In this document: in pieces, positions 60,869 to 64,000 of the stretch
Position numbering within the stretch: the first letter of the stretch is position 1
Layout: each line of letters starts with the position of its first letter
Origin: Takakia lepidozioides
Taxonomy: Eukaryota > Plantae > Bryophyta
Direction: 5' to 3'
Assembly: GCA_030704615.1 (NCBI GenBank)
Contig: CM060731.1
Location: 54,498,001-54,562,000 of the forward strand
Length of the DNA stretch: 64,000 nt
The notes under the pieces: model-generated
Told to the model about the DNA's origin: nothing
The model's input: the letters and a program-made list of their open reading frames with translations, nothing else
Databases searched by the model: none
Translations under genes and position numbers: made by a program

Positions 60869-63800
60869 TAGGGACATCAACCTTGGAGCGTGGGGGAGGA
60901 AATGCATGCTTAGCTAGCTCAGGAATCCGATTGCAAAAACTTGTATTGTACAAATTTCGTTATAAATGAAATGGTTTCCAAATGTTGTGCGTCCTATTTT
61001 GTTTGGAATGGTGATGCATGGTATGGTTGGCTAGTGTGTAGAATGCATGCTAGCTTATAAAAGTGAGAGGGGTAAATTGGGTGAATTGTATGTTTGCGTA
61101 GTGCCGAAATCGGGTGACTCCCACCCAAGGGGCAAGGAAACTTGCGCCTTCTTTGGGAGTTCACGTGCTAGTGCGCACCTGGCGCGTGCGCGTACTATAA
61201 CTGCGCTACCGAGGGGGTTGCCTTGTAGTGCAGGCTAACGCGGAAGCTACGTGCTTCCGTTCACGTACTATAATCGTGTAGCCTCGGGACGAAGTCGTAG
61301 TGCGGCTTCGGCGTGTTCCCGTACCTCAGGCCAGCATTCCAAGGCGGACCCAATTGTAGTGATTGGGGCACACGGTTGGTTTAAGGTTATCTTCCTAGTA
61401 AAAAAGGGTTCAAGGTGAACCCTTGCTCAAGGTGATGTCAAAAGCGGCATCATGAGCGGTCGCAAACAATGTTGTTGCAGTAAGGCGATTCGATCCTCGG
61501 GGAGGGGCCTTGAAGTAGGCCAAGAAGAGTGCACTGGGATGAGCTTGAGAAGCTCCGCCCTTGGTCGGGACTTGGAGGAAGTCGGCCGAACTAGCTAGTG
61601 GAGAGTAGAGTCAAGTGTGGGGTTTGGTTCTTTGCCATGGGACACCATGGTACGGAAACAAACTCCTTGATGTGGGACGCCACAACTTGGATGTTCGTTT
61701 CTACAAAATGGACAAGTCGATGAGGACATCGACTCCCTGTTGGTAGGGGTGTGTGTCGCGGCCCTTTGCCTTGAGGGCAGGGGGTCGGGACACGTGAAGG
61801 GCTGCCCCTGTGGTGGGGGCTGTGGCAACATTAGTTGCGGGGGCTGAAGCACCCTTTAGTGCCCAAGGCACTCAAGGAGGCGGAGGTGCTCACCAGGTGG
61901 AGCCCCGCACACCGGGTTGCGGTGGGGGTGGTTCCACGAGGGGTGGTGGTAGCTTAGTGGGACTTAGTGGGGGTGGCATAGGACTCACCATGGGGGCGGA
62001 GACCTTGTGGTGGGAGTCGTGGGGAGTCTTGGGACTCATCACAGTCCAATGGGACCGTGGTGGGTGGGCCAAGACTCACCGCGACTCATCACCGGGAATC
62101 GAGGGTTTTCGTGGTAGTTCGCCATAAAATGGCATGGTTGTTTGTGAAACCCCCGCGGACAGTCACAGAAGTATATATAGGGAGTAGTAATCTCGAGAAC
62201 GGTGCAAGCCCGTTGGTGCCCAAAAACTAATGAGTAAGCGTGCGAGCCGGAAAGCGACCAAGGTGTGGGGAGCTATTCCGGACTGCCATCGACCAAAGGG
62301 AATTTCCACTAGGCCCAAATTGGGAGAGGGTCTTGTGGAGGAGTAAAAGGGGACCGTTATGTCCCGGTGAGCAACCGAAGCTCCGAGTTGGCCCGGCGGC
62401 CAGTTAGGGAGTTAGGTGCGCGCATCAAAGCGAGTAACTATGACTTGAAGGGGAGCTTATCGAAGTGAGGTGCACGACACAGATCATATGGAATACTGTG
62501 GAGACTAATGAATCAATCGAAAATGTACATATATTAAAGACTTCACCATCTAGATTTGTAGTTGTATACCTTCCTACACCCAACTTGACTGGCTTATGGC
62601 CTGTGGACCACTGAGATCTAGCTATGAAACACTTACCAGACGAGAAATAACCTCAATTCGCATTGCTTATATATTGCTATCCAAACGTGATCAGGCCTTA
62701 TCTTGTTCAAAGGCGAAGTATATCAAAGTCACTTGGAACCCACATTTGAATTTAGCAGTTAGAGATACATACTTTATTTTATATTTAATTGATGCATTCC
62801 TGCATTCAAGCACTTTACATCTCTGATTTGTTCATCGGTCTGATGGGAACAGATTTCACCACCACAACATGCATTAAGTCCCTGCCTATTGAAGAGCTTT
62901 TAAAGGAGAAATTCAGATTGGAGAGAGGAGAAGGACATGAAAGATATTGGAGCGAAGACGACTGGTAGAAGGTAACTCAGATCCGCTTTCAGATGGGAGC
63001 TTACGGTCTGTGAGAAGACGGGCGCGAGGAAGGAGGTAGAACGAGGGAGTGTTGGAATTTTATTTTCCATATGCTGCCCTGCGTGGTTAAAGTTAGTTGT
63101 GGGGGTGGGTAGGGGTTATCTCGTCGGACAAATACTGGGGGGTAGTTAGTGATGATTAGCGCTGACTAACTTTAACAGTGGCTAAATCGTCCAGTGCGGC
63201 ATACATAAACTTAGCCATGGCTAAACCTGACTTAGCCATGGCTAAATCGTCCGGTGCCTTAGTGAGAGAGATAGCTGGCCAGCACTACAGCCCTTAGGCT
63301 AGCTAATAATTCCACGTCTGTCTCCACGGCTAGTTCCACCCTGGCTTGAGTTTCACAGTGCTGACATGGCATTCTCCAATACAGGCATGGAGGACTGACT
63401 TGAGAAATGGACCTGAGAAGAGTAGACGAGAGTGCAGAGAGGTTGGAAAGCTGGTCAGTGTTCACTACTTTTGGCGCATCACAACTTGTGACTGTGCGGG
63501 AGAGTTGATTTGAATATAAGTCCAGGAGGAGGGGCAGTGACAGGATTAGCGTGGATTCATCACCTTGTACGCTACTCGCTTTCCTCCCTGCATTATGCAT
63601 ACGCCTTGAAAGGGCACACATCCCAACCAAACCAAACCGAGTAACGTCCACTGTACGAGGGGACCATTTCATTACTCTCTCTTGCTTTTACTCGCACCCA
63701 GGGACTCAAGGGATGTGTCAGTGCCCAGATCTAGTTTGTTTTGGCTAAGTTAGGCCCCATGGCTTCATCACTTTCAATTCCCACGCCCCCTGGCAAAGCA

Positions 63801-64000
63801 GAGTTCTGACTTCTGACCATTGCGGACCAGATGTCCTTCAGTCCACATATGAACGTTACGTTCGCCGGTAAGTATTCTAACGCGGTTCTCCAGACTTTGG
63901 CCAACAATCACGTACAATATTTAGTACAAGCAATTGGTCCCTGGATGACATGTGCATTTTGATCTGTAAATTTTCTGTTCTGTCTGCTCATTGCGAGGAA

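Larger units (their letters stand above)
51730..62479 (+). mobile_element. Full-length Ty3/gypsy chromovirus (Galadriel-like) with a nested CACTA insertion
   Basis: 726-bp LTRs at 51730-52455 and 61754-62479; TSD CAGAT; tRNA-iMet PBS TGGTATCAGAGC at 52458-52469; PPT at about 61742-61753; Gag 52511-53587; protease LVDTGASHSF; RT YVDD; RNase H TDASD; integrase with GPF; chromodomain YEVEAL...YLVKWKGY...SW. Confidence 0.98.
50316..63258. mobile_element. PIF/Harbinger-like DNA transposon hosting the chromovirus
   Basis: TTA TSD at 50313-50315 and 63259-63261; GGC...GCC termini (8/11 match); TTAGCCA/TGGCTAA subterminal repeats and GCCGCACTGG at both ends; internal coding too decayed to confirm. 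Confidence 0.6.

Noticed and set aside
63259-63672. LRR gene fragment (LDLYSNQLS)
   Set aside because: Only one partial motif; insufficient to call.
1-64000. Most short ORFs in the six-frame track
   Set aside because: They use non-ATG starts, are antisense shadows of TE genes or lie in introns; the sequence is eukaryotic and spliced.

Overview
Eukaryotic nuclear DNA from a land plant, most likely a non-seed plant (inferred from the PLS-PPR fragments, a PHD-bearing Ty3/gypsy element and a half-tRNA-primed copia). The window is not prokaryotic: most entries in the ORF track are noise, and the real genes are spliced. An intact host-gene island at about 18.3-30.4 kb holds the 3' exons of DDRGK1 (+), a chloroplast S1-domain protein of the SRRP1/At3g23700 type (-) and RPL17/uL22 (-). 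Nested transposons flank it. On the left are a decayed Ty3/gypsy with a C-terminal PHD finger and 176-bp LTRs, a 4.8-kb Pack-CACTA (TSD ATG) carrying plastid glucose-transporter exons plus PPR and OSB-type PDF motif fragments, a MULE-like MITE, RPL32 fragments, and a TE-like spliced gene that may fuse an FCP1/NIF HAD-phosphatase domain to a CACTA Tnp1-like domain. On the right are decayed gypsy and copia relics, a PPR/PDF mosaic, a 550-bp inverted duplication, and a three-level nest: Harbinger-like element > Galadriel-type chromovirus (TSD CAGAT) > composite CACTA (TSD AGC). A non-LTR retroelement has repeatedly inserted into TCTC sites with 13-15-bp TSDs. The best candidates for something new are the NIF-phosphatase/Tnp1-like TE gene, the PPR + multi-PDF (RNA/ssDNA-binding) architecture and the composite CACTA with inverted inner junctions. 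All coordinates and translations were read by eye and no database searches were run.
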